DNA of 64,000 bases, taken from the sequence record MT446422.1. One strand, given 5' to 3'. Position numbers and translations under genes: made by a program. This DNA is from Escherichia virus TH57. Position 1 is the first letter of the stretch. Each line of letters starts with the position of its first letter. Positions 8,497-17,919 of this stretch are shown here, in pieces. The notes beneath the pieces were generated by a model that saw only the letters and a list, made by a program, of their open reading frames with translations, was not told the DNA's origin and ran no database searches.

Positions 8497-9489
8497 ATGA
8501 CACGTAATGAATATATCCGGGCCTTTAACACCACTATCGATGCAAAAGTAAAACCATTAATAGGTGAATCGGCTATCCTTTCGATTATCAATTTCTGGTT
8601 AAATCAGATTGACGCATCGATTGTTGCATCCGGTCGTTTTAAGAAAGACATCATGACTATTGCGAGTCGTGCTGGTAATGATGATATCAAGAAAACTTTT
8701 AAAGGTTCCCGAGTCCTGGCATACCTGGTTAATAAAGACCTTCTTAATAAGTTTGGTGTTGAATCCAGACGTGGTAAAGGTACAATTGGGTATCATTGGT
8801 TTGGTGATGTTGAAAAATACTACCTTGATACGCAAGGCTATACTGTTTCTGAATTCGCAAATTGTTGGGCTCGTGAATTCAGAGATAACAAAATGTCTAT
8901 CATCAAATCAGCGACAAAAATGATGGGTGGTGATTTTCGCACTATCTCCCATTTGGCTGAGCACATGATAAATGTTAAAGATTCTGGTGAAAACCAGGTA
9001 ATTATTGCAGTTAAGTATGAATTCTTTACGCCAGTGGCTACCCCAGAAAATGTCAAAAAGTATCTTGATGTTGCATGTGTTCTTACTCATCAGCTGCAGT
9101 GTGCCCTTAACTATATGCGTACTGTTGAAAAAATTAAAGTAGACCCTATCACCAGTACTCATGGTTGGAAGGGTTATAAAATTGTGGTAACATTACGCAA
9201 AGTTAAATGTGCAAAGCAACCAACTGTTGCAGAAATCCATAAAAAGAAAAGTGAGGAAATTATGAATGCACCGCAAGAAGTTACCACCCTTGAAGACCTG
9301 ATTGATAATCTGAATAATGAACCAGTGAAACAAAAAGCGCCTGAAATTGTTGCCCTGGAAACAGCGTATAATGAAGCTCTTGTTATTAATAAAAAGGCAA
9401 CTGAAGATTATACAAAAGCCAAGCGACTTTGGGAAGAATCAACCAATCGTCTGGATAAACTGGAACAGGCTCTGGAGCTGCTGAAATGA
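8497..9489 (+). CDS. hypothetical protein with C-terminal coiled-coil
   Basis: 330-aa ORF, GAGGAG SD; C-terminal heptad-like tail. Confidence 0.55.
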   Translation: MTRNEYIRAFNTTIDAKVKPLIGESAILSIINFWLNQIDASIVASGRFKKDIMTIASRAGNDDIKKTFKGSRVLAYLVNKDLLNKFGVESRRGKGTIGYHWFGDVEKYYLDTQGYTVSEFANCWAREFRDNKMSIIKSATKMMGGDFRTISHLAEHMINVKDSGENQVIIAVKYEFFTPVATPENVKKYLDVACVLTHQLQCALNYMRTVEKIKVDPITSTHGWKGYKIVVTLRKVKCAKQPTVAEIHKKKSEEIMNAPQEVTTLEDLIDNLNNEPVKQKAPEIVALETAYNEALVINKKATEDYTKAKRLWEESTNRLDKLEQALELLK

Positions 9490-9803
9490 AAAATCGTTTA
9501 AGAGAAGATATTGCTGCGGCCTCTAATACAGATTTATTGAAATTTATTAAAGAAGCCGAGCTCGATGAAGTTAAATTGAATGGAAAAATTCATGGCTGTG
9601 ATGATTATAGCCGAGATATTCCTGATTGGAATGCTATTATTAAAATTGTCGAACGTCGTGAAAAAGCTTCTAAGAACGTTCCTAACTGTCCTATGTGTGG
9701 AACTGAACAAGTCCAGTTGATTCAATGGCGACATAATCCGCTTCAGTATAAATGTCGCATGTGTAAACACAAATTTGAGCGAGATGAAAATGGCAAAGCG
9801 TAA
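9486..9803 (+). CDS. hypothetical zinc-ribbon protein
   Basis: 105 aa; C-terminal CPMCG...CRMC. Confidence 0.5.
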   Translation: MKNRLREDIAAASNTDLLKFIKEAELDEVKLNGKIHGCDDYSRDIPDWNAIIKIVERREKASKNVPNCPMCGTEQVQLIQWRHNPLQYKCRMCKHKFERDENGKA

Positions 9804-10035
9804 AGAATATGTTGAGACCGCCGAAAGGGTGGTCCGTGAATTAACTCTGGCCTATTATAAAGAACACGGCAAATTTCCGGATAGTTATTCGGTATTGAAA
9901 TCTGCTTTAACTCGTTCATATAATAATATCCTTACTGAAGTGCATGATATCAGAAATGCGCACCTTAAAGAAACCGGAACAGAGCTTGACCGCTCTGAAG
10001 TATTCAAACAAGTATTAGGAATTCAAGATGTTTAA
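9775..10035 (+). CDS. hypothetical protein (nrdC.1 position)
   Basis: 86-aa ORF; true start may be a downstream in-frame ATG. Confidence 0.45.
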   Translation: MSEMKMAKRKEYVETAERVVRELTLAYYKEHGKFPDSYSVLKSALTRSYNNILTEVHDIRNAHLKETGTELDRSEVFKQVLGIQDV

Positions 10036-10291
10036 AGTATATGGCTATGATTCAAACATTCATCGTTGTGTTTTCTGCGACAATGCAAAACGTCTACTTG
10101 ACGTTAAAAAACAGCCTTACGAATTCATCAACGTGATGCCTGAAAAAGGTGTGTTTGATGATGAGAAGATTGCTCAACTCCTGGCTGCACTTGGTCGCGA
10201 ATCCCAAATTGGTTTGACTATGCCACAAGTGTTTGCTCCTGACGGAAGTCATATTGGTGGCTTCGACCAACTGCGAGAATATTTCAAATGA
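10028..10291 (+). CDS. nrdC: thioredoxin/glutaredoxin NrdC
   Basis: 87 aa, CVFC active site, near-identical to recalled T4 NrdC. Confidence 0.9.
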   Translation: MFKVYGYDSNIHRCVFCDNAKRLLDVKKQPYEFINVMPEKGVFDDEKIAQLLAALGRESQIGLTMPQVFAPDGSHIGGFDQLREYFK

Positions 10292-10455
10292 TTGAATTAA
10301 TGTTGGGTGTTTTGTATCTTATCATTGGTATTGGTTATGCTAAGACCCTAGCTAAATTAGATGATTTCGGTGCAGGTGACTTTTGCTGGTGGCTGACGTC
10401 TATGATTTGTTGGCCTTTATTTCTGGTTGGTGCTTCATTCTGGAACTTTAAATGA
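10288..10455 (+). CDS. hypothetical small membrane protein (CWP-motif family)
   Basis: 55 aa, ATGA overlap with nrdC stop; CWPLFLVG motif; not in ORF track (below 60 aa). Confidence 0.4.
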   Translation: MIELMLGVLYLIIGIGYAKTLAKLDDFGAGDFCWWLTSMICWPLFLVGASFWNFK

Positions 10456-10477
10456 TTGACGAATTTATGGTGGAATT

Positions 10478-10786
10478 ATGATTGGATTAAATGAACAGAC
10501 TATTTTTCTAGGTGATGGTACCGAAGATGACCTAGAATATAAACTCTATGAATACATGGTAGCCCTGGCGAAAGAAGAAGGTATTGACTTTGCTGTGGCT
10601 AATCCATATGGCGAGAACACCGTTGTAATCGGTGGCACTGCTTATGAAGTCCAATGGCAATACGTTGGGCTTGAATCTGAAGAATATGAAGAAGATAAGC
10701 ATGGCGATTGGCATCCGGTTGGTCCTTGGTATTGGGACGACGGTGAGCCTGATTTTGAAGTATCAAGCTATTGGAGTGACCAATGA
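10478..10786 (+). CDS. hypothetical acidic protein
   Basis: 102-aa ORF. Confidence 0.5.
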   Translation: MIGLNEQTIFLGDGTEDDLEYKLYEYMVALAKEEGIDFAVANPYGENTVVIGGTAYEVQWQYVGLESEEYEEDKHGDWHPVGPWYWDDGEPDFEVSSYWSDQ

Positions 10787-11103
10787 CTATTGAAAATGAA
10801 TTAGATGTTGATGCTGTTTTAAGCGAAATCATTGAAGACCATGATGCGTTTACCGAATCATACGAGTTTGAATTTTCGGACTACCTGGTTCCGGTTGAAT
10901 TAGGCGAATGGACACAAACCGGCAAATACCAATATCGCCAGGCAATTTATTTCAGCAAAAAACATAATGTGCATGTGGCTGTAAACGAAACTCGTACCGG
11001 CTCTTATCATACCGATTGGGACTATATGGTCCCGACTGTTGAACTGGTTAAGCTCCAAGAACGTGTCGTAACCCAAACTATCAGAGAATGGATTACGCTA
11101 TAA
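10783..11103 (+). CDS. hypothetical protein
   Basis: 106-aa ORF, ATGA overlap. Confidence 0.5.
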   Translation: MTIENELDVDAVLSEIIEDHDAFTESYEFEFSDYLVPVELGEWTQTGKYQYRQAIYFSKKHNVHVAVNETRTGSYHTDWDYMVPTVELVKLQERVVTQTIREWITL

Positions 11104-11220
11104 AACCATGGTATACCGCTCGATGGGAAACTGTCGAGCCAGAGGAACCTGTTTACAACGATTCCGAAATAGATTATAATGAACCTTCAAACAATGATTT
11201 AATCGATATGGAGTTTGGAT

Positions 11221-11394
11221 ATGAGTACCAAAATTGAAGTTGGCCGCCACAAAGGTCGTTTAATTGAACATTCACTTTACGAATTGTCGGATTCTCGTAA
11301 GTTACCCGATGAAGAATCTGCTTTAATTTTTGCCGCGGCGGATTATATCCATTGGCTTGAAGCACAACTTCGCTTTTCTGATGAGGTCTTTTAA
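11221..11394 (+). CDS. hypothetical small protein
   Basis: 57-aa ORF whose stop overlaps the next ATG; not in track. Confidence 0.35.
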   Translation: MSTKIEVGRHKGRLIEHSLYELSDSRKLPDEESALIFAAADYIHWLEAQLRFSDEVF

Positions 11395-11663
11395 TGTTTT
11401 TAGAAATTGTTAATATTCATGCTGCTCAATCAGGTTTTATGAAAGAGCTTCAAGACGCAGGATTTAAAAATGGCGATGTTATCCAGGCGTTAAGACAACG
11501 TTTTGACCCTGATGTTGAATGTAATGTTTGGGACGTTGTTGAAACAGATGAATACCTTTTTGATACCATAGAAATTGAAGGGTCATGGACTTGTATCACT
11601 GAGTATATGATAATTGATAATGGTAACGTTGAATGCCATTATCCTTGTTTTAGGATTGTTTAA
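11394..11663 (+). CDS. hypothetical protein
   Basis: 89-aa ORF. Confidence 0.5.
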   Translation: MFLEIVNIHAAQSGFMKELQDAGFKNGDVIQALRQRFDPDVECNVWDVVETDEYLFDTIEIEGSWTCITEYMIIDNGNVECHYPCFRIV

Positions 11664-11839
11664 TGAAAACTAAATTAGTCTATACTGAAAAGTTAAATGG
11701 TGCCAAGGTCTGGAAACTTCTTATCAAAGGAAGTCCTACTGACCAGTTTATGGCCACCTGTGTGGGATTGTATACTCGCCCTACCAAAAAGATGATTCGT
11801 CAATTTAAACGGTTGCATCGCTCGTTCTATAATATTTAA
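11663..11839 (+). CDS. hypothetical small protein
   Basis: 58-aa ORF, TAATG overlap with upstream gene; not in track. Confidence 0.4.
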   Translation: MKTKLVYTEKLNGAKVWKLLIKGSPTDQFMATCVGLYTRPTKKMIRQFKRLHRSFYNI

Positions 11840-11844
11840 TAAAT

Positions 11845-11869
11845 ACCCTTATCTAATAATGGTAAGGGT
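11845..11869 (+). promoter_or_regulatory. 5' UTR hairpin sequestering the gene 49 ribosome-binding site
   Basis: 7-bp stem ACCCTTA/TAAGGGT with 11-nt loop; the AAGGG SD lies in the 3' arm 6 nt before the ATG. Confidence 0.5.
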
Positions 11870-11874
11870 TTATT

Positions 11875-12348
11875 ATGTTGTTGACTGGCAAATTATACAA
11901 AGAAGAAAAACAAAAACTTTATGATGCACAAGCTGGTAAGTGTCCAATTTGCCACCGTGATTTGGACTCTGATGTTCAGGCCAACCATCTTGACCATGAC
12001 CACGAATTGAACGGGCCAAAAGCCGGTAAGGTTCGCGGGTTACTATGCAATCTGTGCAATGGAACAGAAGGGCAAATGAAGCATAAGTTCAGCCGTTCGG
12101 GTCTGAAAGGTCGTGATGTTGACTACCTGGAATGGTTGGAGAGTTTGCTTGTCTATCTGAAATCTGATTATACCGAAAACAATATTCACCCCAATTTTGT
12201 AACAGACAAAGCCAAAGAGTTTGGCCGCCTGGGGAAAGAAGAAATGATTCGGGAAATGCTTTTGAATGGTATGACTTATAATGAATCTGACACCAAAACA
12301 CAATTAATGGCTTCATTTAAGAAGCAGCTTAGAAAGAGTTTAAAATGA
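11875..12348 (+). CDS. 49: endonuclease VII, Holliday junction resolvase
   Basis: 157 aa, near-identical to recalled T4 gp49 including Zn-binding cysteines. Confidence 0.92.
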   Translation: MLLTGKLYKEEKQKLYDAQAGKCPICHRDLDSDVQANHLDHDHELNGPKAGKVRGLLCNLCNGTEGQMKHKFSRSGLKGRDVDYLEWLESLLVYLKSDYTENNIHPNFVTDKAKEFGRLGKEEMIREMLLNGMTYNESDTKTQLMASFKKQLRKSLK

Positions 12349-14162
12349 CAATTGAAAACGAAATTGAAGGATTGATTCATAAAACTAATAAAGACCTTTT
12401 AAACGAGAATGCTAATAAAGATTCTCGTGTTTTTCCAACTCAACGTGACCTTATGGCTGGTATTGTATCTAAACACATTGCCAAAAATATGGTCGCGTCT
12501 TTTATTATGAAAGCACATGAAAGCGGAATTATTCATTTCCATGATATTGATTATTCCCCTGCTCTTCCATTTACTAATTGCTGTTTAGTAGATTTAAAAG
12601 GAATGCTTGAGAACGGATTTAAGCTTGGTAACGCACAGATTGAAACTCCTAAATCAATTGGTGTTGCTACTGCAATTATGGCACAAATTACTGCACAGGT
12701 TGCTTCTCACCAATATGGTGGAACGACTTTTGCTAATGTAGACAAAGTATTTTCTCCTTATGTTAAACGTACATACGCAAAACATATTGAAGACGCAGAA
12801 AAATGGCAAATCACTGATGCATTGAATTATGCCCAATCTAAAACAGAAAAAGACGTATACGATGCATTCCAAGCTTATGAATACGAAGTAAATACTCTCT
12901 TTAGTTCAAACGGACAAACGCCTTTTGTAACCATTACATTTGGTACGGGAACTGACTGGACTGAACGAATGATTCAGAAAGCAATTCTGAAAAATCGTAT
13001 CAAAGGTCTTGGTCGCGATGGGATAACTCCTATTTTCCCTAAACTTGTTATGTTCGTTGAAGAAGGTGTTAATCTTTATAAAGACGACCCGAACTATGAT
13101 ATTAAGCAGCTTGCTCTAGAGTGTGCAAGCAAAAGAATGTATCCTGATATTATTTCAGTTAAGAATAATAAAGCTATCACCGGTTCATCTATTCCTGTTT
13201 CTCCAATGGGTTGCCGTAGTTTCTTGAGCGTATGGAAAGATTCGACTGGTAATGAAATTCTTGATGGACGTAATAATCTTGGCGTTGTAACACTGAATCT
13301 TCCTCGTATTGCATTAGATTCTTATATTGGAACACAGTTCAATGAACAGAAATTTATCGAATTGTTTAATGAGCGAATGGATTTATGTTTTGAAGCATTG
13401 ATGTGCAGAATTAGTTCCTTAAAAGGAATTAAAGCGACTGTTGCTCCTATTCTTTACCAAGAAGGTGCGTTCGGGGTTCGTCTTAAACCTGATGATGATA
13501 TAATTGAGTTATTTAAAAACGGTAGAAGTTCAGTGTCTTTGGGATACATTGGTATTCACGAATTGAATATTCTTGTCGGTCGTGATATTGGGCAGGAAAT
13601 TTTAACTAAAATGAATGCTCGTCTTAAGCAGTGGACCGAAAGAACCGGTTTTGCTTTTAGCTTGTATTCTACTCCCGCTGAAAACCTTTGTTATCGATTC
13701 TGTAAACTTGATACTGAAAAATATGGAAGTGTAAAAGATGTTACCGATAAAGGATGGTACACTAACAGTTTCCATGTTTCAGTAGAAGAAAATATTACTC
13801 CGTTTGAAAAGATTTCTCGCGAAGCACCATATCATTTCATTGCGACAGGTGGTCACATTTCTTATGTTGAACTTCCTGATATGAAAAATAACTTAAAAGG
13901 TCTTGAGGCTGTATGGGATTATGCTGCACAACATTTAGATTATTTTGGTGTTAATATGCCAGTAGATAAATGTTTTACGTGTGGAAGTACCCATGAGATG
14001 ACTCCTACTGAAAACGGATTTGTTTGTTCTATTTGTGGAGAAACTGACCCTAAAAAGATGAACACAATAAGAAGAACATGCGGCTATCTTGGAAACCCGA
14101 ACGAACGCGGATTTAATCTCGGCAAAAATAAAGAAATCATGCATAGGGTTAAACACCAATGA
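12345..14162 (+). CDS. nrdD: anaerobic ribonucleoside-triphosphate reductase
   Basis: 605 aa uninterrupted; C-terminal CxxC Zn site; T4 NrdD-like. Confidence 0.92.
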   Translation: MTIENEIEGLIHKTNKDLLNENANKDSRVFPTQRDLMAGIVSKHIAKNMVASFIMKAHESGIIHFHDIDYSPALPFTNCCLVDLKGMLENGFKLGNAQIETPKSIGVATAIMAQITAQVASHQYGGTTFANVDKVFSPYVKRTYAKHIEDAEKWQITDALNYAQSKTEKDVYDAFQAYEYEVNTLFSSNGQTPFVTITFGTGTDWTERMIQKAILKNRIKGLGRDGITPIFPKLVMFVEEGVNLYKDDPNYDIKQLALECASKRMYPDIISVKNNKAITGSSIPVSPMGCRSFLSVWKDSTGNEILDGRNNLGVVTLNLPRIALDSYIGTQFNEQKFIELFNERMDLCFEALMCRISSLKGIKATVAPILYQEGAFGVRLKPDDDIIELFKNGRSSVSLGYIGIHELNILVGRDIGQEILTKMNARLKQWTERTGFAFSLYSTPAENLCYRFCKLDTEKYGSVKDVTDKGWYTNSFHVSVEENITPFEKISREAPYHFIATGGHISYVELPDMKNNLKGLEAVWDYAAQHLDYFGVNMPVDKCFTCGSTHEMTPTENGFVCSICGETDPKKMNTIRRTCGYLGNPNERGFNLGKNKEIMHRVKHQ

Positions 14163-14629
14163 ATTACGATAGAATATATCCTTGCGATTTTATTAATGGT
14201 CCTGGCTGCAGGGCCGTTCTTTTCGTTACAGGTTGTTTGCATAAATGCGAAGGGTGTTATAATAAATCAACATGGAATGCTAGAAATGGTGTTCCATTCA
14301 CTGGTGAAACACTAGAACAATTAATTGAATGTTTGAATAATGATTATATAGAAGGATTGACTATAACTGGAGGAGACCCTCTCTATCCCGATAACCGAGA
14401 TGTTATTCACTCTGTGGTTCAAACTATTAAAAATCTTTATCCCAATAAAAGCATTTGGTTGTGGACCGGATATAAGTTTGAAGATATTAAACAACTAGAA
14501 ATGCTTAAATATGTTGATGTTATTATTGATGGGAAGTATGAGAAAAATCTTCCGACCAAAAAACTGTGGCGAGGGTCAGATAATCAGCGACTTTGGTCAA
14601 ATACCGATGGGGTGTGGAAACATGATTAA
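14159..14629 (+). CDS. nrdG: anaerobic RNR activating protein (radical SAM)
   Basis: 156 aa; CxxxCxxC cluster motif near N-terminus; ATGA overlap with nrdD. Confidence 0.9.
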   Translation: MNYDRIYPCDFINGPGCRAVLFVTGCLHKCEGCYNKSTWNARNGVPFTGETLEQLIECLNNDYIEGLTITGGDPLYPDNRDVIHSVVQTIKNLYPNKSIWLWTGYKFEDIKQLEMLKYVDVIIDGKYEKNLPTKKLWRGSDNQRLWSNTDGVWKHD

Positions 14630-14743
14630 ATTTAATTATATTATGGACACTATAAATGATATGATTTTTCATTTTGGTCCAGAATTTTATTCGCAGTATA
14701 GTTTAGTGTTTATCAATGCTTGGTTAATCAATTAAGGGTAAAT

Positions 14744-14959
14744 ATGAATAAATTTCGTAATGCTACAGCAGATATTCTGGCAAACATAACGCTTGTGTTG
14801 TTCATCGTTTGTCTGCTTATTCTGGCTATCCCGTTTGGTTTACTGTTTGTTATCATCGGTTGGTTAAGCACCAATCCTGGCCTAGAAAGCTCTGAATTCA
14901 ACAAACGAATCCAGGCTATTCATAGTACCATTGCAAAAATGATGAAGGTGAAAGAATGA
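14744..14959 (+). CDS. hypothetical membrane protein
   Basis: 71 aa from ATG with AAGGG SD; one long TM segment. Confidence 0.45.
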   Translation: MNKFRNATADILANITLVLFIVCLLILAIPFGLLFVIIGWLSTNPGLESSEFNKRIQAIHSTIAKMMKVKE

Positions 14960-15255
14960 AACGTTTTGAAGAATATGTAGCTACTAATTGGACCGCGTGG
15001 GACAAATTCGGTGATGAATGGTACTTCCACGACTGTGACCTGGACCCGAAATTCTTTGCTGATAAAGAAGAAGACCTTAAAGATATCTATGCTCTATCTG
15101 AGATTCATGGAATCAAACCGACGGTTTATTTCTCTTTCAATGACACAGGTTTCCTTATTCAGGTTTATGTCCCGTATGCAACCGCCAGCGATGAAGAAGT
15201 TATTAAAACCTGGAACTACCAAGGAGTGATTTCCTGTGGGCCAAAACTCGACTAA
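14956..15255 (+). CDS. hypothetical protein
   Basis: 99-aa ORF, ATGA overlap. Confidence 0.5.
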   Translation: MKRFEEYVATNWTAWDKFGDEWYFHDCDLDPKFFADKEEDLKDIYALSEIHGIKPTVYFSFNDTGFLIQVYVPYATASDEEVIKTWNYQGVISCGPKLD

Positions 15256-15553
15256 GATTGAAATTTATGGTATCCCCGAAGAAGTCGGTCGATGCCCTGG
15301 TTGTATGCACGTAAGGAGCCTTCTGGGCTCCTTAAACCTTCCTTATACATTCTATTCAGTCCTTAACAAACAAGGCTCTGAAATCGCTTATGACAGGCCT
15401 TTAATCATGTCTTTGGCTAAGCGTGCTGGATATCCTACCCTTAACATTCGTTACCCAGTGATTTTTGTCAATGATGAAAAAATGACAAATATTCCTGCCT
15501 TTAAAACAAAACTGATATCCCTGGGGTACGACCAGGACTTAATTGAAGATTAA
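15236..15553 (+). CDS. glutaredoxin-like protein (nrdH-like)
   Basis: 105 aa from GTG with AAGGAG SD; CPGC dithiol motif; position matches T4 nrdH. Confidence 0.5.
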   Translation: MGQNSTKIEIYGIPEEVGRCPGCMHVRSLLGSLNLPYTFYSVLNKQGSEIAYDRPLIMSLAKRAGYPTLNIRYPVIFVNDEKMTNIPAFKTKLISLGYDQDLIED

Positions 15554-15620
15554 AAAGGGGTGTACAAGCCCCTTTGAACGGTGTATCATTATCCCATCAA
15601 CTACTGATGAGGAAAACAAA
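15554..15620 (+). promoter_or_regulatory. early promoter cassette with stem-loop, CATCAACTACTGA leader type
   Basis: AAAGGGG/CCCCTTT hairpin enclosing GTGTAC, then TATCAT and ATCCCATCAACTACTGATGAGGAAAACAAA ATG. Confidence 0.55.
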
Positions 15621-15803
15621 ATGGTTATTGAAGATAAAGAAATTAAACTTGACCATTATTATTCTGTAAATGGTTATCCTATACAAGTAACCAAAGTGAC
15701 TGACCAAGATGTATGGTATCGTCCTTTGAAATGGCCAGACGCTCCGTTGATGGTGTGCGACCGTAGCTTGTTCAATACAGTTGCGAAAGGACCTAAATTA
15801 TGA
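15621..15803 (+). CDS. hypothetical protein
   Basis: 60 aa from ATG right after conserved leader. Confidence 0.5.
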   Translation: MVIEDKEIKLDHYYSVNGYPIQVTKVTDQDVWYRPLKWPDAPLMVCDRSLFNTVAKGPKL

Positions 15804-16054
15804 GCCTGAAATTACACTCAATGAAAAATATCATTACCCTTAATCTGGATGATGAGCGCCTGATTTTTCTCACCGTCACTGATAAGAATATTGAAATTGC
15901 AAATGGTCCTAAGACTTATTGTTGCCCAGTGAAGAATTGGAAACATGTAACCTTTTTGACCCTGGGTGAACGCCTGAAAGACCTTAAGTTGGATTTGGAT
16001 GTCAAAGATATCCAGTACATTAAAAATCTTATTGGATACAAACTGTTGAGGTAA
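15800..16054 (+). CDS. hypothetical protein
   Basis: 84-aa ORF, ATGA overlap. Confidence 0.5.
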   Translation: MSLKLHSMKNIITLNLDDERLIFLTVTDKNIEIANGPKTYCCPVKNWKHVTFLTLGERLKDLKLDLDVKDIQYIKNLIGYKLLR

Positions 16055-16056
16055 CT

Positions 16057-16350
16057 ATGGGTAAAACTATCCGTCGTAAAGAATTGTCTGTAAAAGATTT
16101 TTATTATTCCGGACGTCGTAAAGCACCAGACGGTGTAAGTCAGGAACAAGTTGAAGAAAATATTTTCCGTTCAGACAAATGGAAGCGTATGCGTGGCGTT
16201 GATTCAGAAGTCAAGAATGAAATGAATCGTCAACTGCGCAAAGAAGTTCGCCAGTTGAAAAAAGATGTATACGTTGAGGATGATTTTGATTATAATACTT
16301 CTCACCGTGTTGCAAAGCGTAAATCAAATGAATGTTATCGTTACAGTTGA
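16057..16350 (+). CDS. hypothetical basic protein
   Basis: 97 aa, K/R-rich. Confidence 0.5.
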   Translation: MGKTIRRKELSVKDFYYSGRRKAPDGVSQEQVEENIFRSDKWKRMRGVDSEVKNEMNRQLRKEVRQLKKDVYVEDDFDYNTSHRVAKRKSNECYRYS

Positions 16351-16357
16351 GGAAAAT

Positions 16358-16489
16358 ATGAATATCAAACGTATGCTTTTTAAACAAGGGTTATACACTT
16401 TAAATTCTGCTCCAAAAGGCGATACAACCAAGTGGTCAGTAAATGACTGGATTGAATTTATTGATGAAAACGGTAACTGGAAAATTTAA
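16358..16489 (+). CDS. hypothetical small protein
   Basis: 43 aa from ATG with GAGGAAAA SD. Confidence 0.35.
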   Translation: MNIKRMLFKQGLYTLNSAPKGDTTKWSVNDWIEFIDENGNWKI

Positions 16490-16687
16490 ATGAACCCTGA
16501 ATCTAAATTATCACAGCGAATTGCTGAAGCTCGTCGCCAGTTTTTTGAAAATATGATAGCTCAAGGTATCGATGACGAAGTTTTTCTAAACTGGTTTTGG
16601 AATCACAAGTATTCAAGTTGTTCAGGAGCGATATTCATATCAGCCGCAATGATGTATGAAGGCTGGAAAGCGGCTAAAGCGCAATAA
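16490..16687 (+). CDS. hypothetical protein
   Basis: 65-aa ORF. Confidence 0.45.
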   Translation: MNPESKLSQRIAEARRQFFENMIAQGIDDEVFLNWFWNHKYSSCSGAIFISAAMMYEGWKAAKAQ

Positions 16688-16694
16688 AAACCAA

Positions 16695-16759
16695 CGGGGT
16701 CATGGTATAATGACCCTAGGATAATAAAATTTTAATTTAATGAGACTGAGGAATATATC
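16695..16759 (+). promoter_or_regulatory. early promoter with inverted repeat flanking -10
   Basis: GGGTCAT-GGTATAAT-GACCC. Confidence 0.45.
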
Positions 16760-17086
16760 ATGACTGCATCTATCACTAACATCATCGCTAATTTCGCATT
16801 TACTAAAGTTAACACTCTGATGAAATCTGGTTTTGTTACTCCTGAGATTCTGGACCAGTGGGAAGGCGATGTACAGAAACTGATTATTGCAGAAGGTCAG
16901 ACAATGGGTAAAGCGCGTATTCGTGAAAGCCTTGTCCAGTATATCCTGAATGAATTTGATGTAGTAGCGTTTGGTTTACCGCTTCTGCGTGAAAACAAAG
17001 AAGTTTCTGATAAAGCTATCAAGCGTATGAAGTCCCAACGCAAGAAGGGGTTTGTTGACCTGAAAATTGTTAAGGGTGCAAAATGA
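16760..17086 (+). CDS. hypothetical protein
   Basis: 108-aa ORF with GAGG SD. Confidence 0.5.
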   Translation: MTASITNIIANFAFTKVNTLMKSGFVTPEILDQWEGDVQKLIIAEGQTMGKARIRESLVQYILNEFDVVAFGLPLLRENKEVSDKAIKRMKSQRKKGFVDLKIVKGAK

Positions 17087-17346
17087 TGTGCCCTGCTATT
17101 GAATTACCTGAAGGTGTTGCGGTAATAGTATCCTACAAACATACGTATGCTAATGGAATTCGCCGAGCTCATAAAATTAGTCACGGTTACTATTTACAAA
17201 GGACTTTAAATTATTTCATTTCAATGGGATATGAATTCAGAATCTATCCTATGTGTACTAAAACCAAGTACACTAAAATCGATGCTTGGGAAGCTTGGGC
17301 GGAAGGCATGACATTAGACGAATTCCTGGACTACTTAAATGATTAA
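17083..17346 (+). CDS. hypothetical protein
   Basis: 87-aa ORF. Confidence 0.5.
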   Translation: MMCPAIELPEGVAVIVSYKHTYANGIRRAHKISHGYYLQRTLNYFISMGYEFRIYPMCTKTKYTKIDAWEAWAEGMTLDEFLDYLND

Positions 17347-17605
17347 AATAAAACTCTCTAATTACGATAAAAACCTGGAAATGATTACTATGAAAGAAGA
17401 ACTCCTGAATGATGTCCGCTTGACGGGTTATGCAGTTCAATTTAATGATGTTGGTGTCCTCCAGATTGAAGGCGACCACTTTATTATTGAATATGAATTC
17501 CATCAGTATTGGTTGTATGCCAAAGATGAAGTAGGTGGGATTGATTATGTTGACCAGTTTGATAAGCTTGACGATGTTTTAGAAGCTGCCCAGATGGTTT
17601 ACTGA
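17339..17605 (+). CDS. hypothetical protein
   Basis: 88-aa ORF; start uncertain (alternative ATGs at 17381 and 17390). Confidence 0.45.
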   Translation: MIKIKLSNYDKNLEMITMKEELLNDVRLTGYAVQFNDVGVLQIEGDHFIIEYEFHQYWLYAKDEVGGIDYVDQFDKLDDVLEAAQMVY

Positions 17606-17871
17606 TGCACATCAATCATACAATGATATCCGTCCAGGACCTGGGAACGTTTTGGGTGGATGAATTTATGAAAATAACATTCTTCCCGCATGCAGAAGGG
17701 TATGGCTCTTGGGAGTCTCATATCGGTATGCTGAATGAAGGACAATACCGCAACGAGCATGACCGTTTGATGGAATTCATTAGCGATGCCGAGGTTATTC
17801 CTTATATTGACATCCATGAATTTAAGGCAATTATGGAGAAGGTCTTTCAGGCTTACTGTTTACTTCGCTAA
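17605..17871 (+). CDS. hypothetical protein
   Basis: 88-aa ORF, ATGA overlap. Confidence 0.5.
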   Translation: MHINHTMISVQDLGTFWVDEFMKITFFPHAEGYGSWESHIGMLNEGQYRNEHDRLMEFISDAEVIPYIDIHEFKAIMEKVFQAYCLLR

Positions 17872-17896
17872 TGCTTTGTATTAAGGATGATATAAT
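17872..17896 (+). promoter_or_regulatory. middle (MotA-dependent) type promoter upstream of gene 55
   Basis: ATGCTTTG MotA-box-like element, 12-13 bp, TATAAT. Confidence 0.5.
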
Positions 17897-17919
17897 ATTC
17901 ATATACTAAGTGAGGCGAT

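Noticed and set aside
11174-11365. 63-aa minus-strand ORF between 10783..11103 and 11394..11663
   Set aside because: A + strand 57-codon ORF (11221..11394) with translational coupling to the next gene explains the interval better.
14511-14735. 74-aa + strand ORF overlapping the nrdG 3' end in another frame
   Set aside because: Mostly embedded in conserved nrdG; only a 30-codon tail lies in the intergenic gap and has no clear SD.
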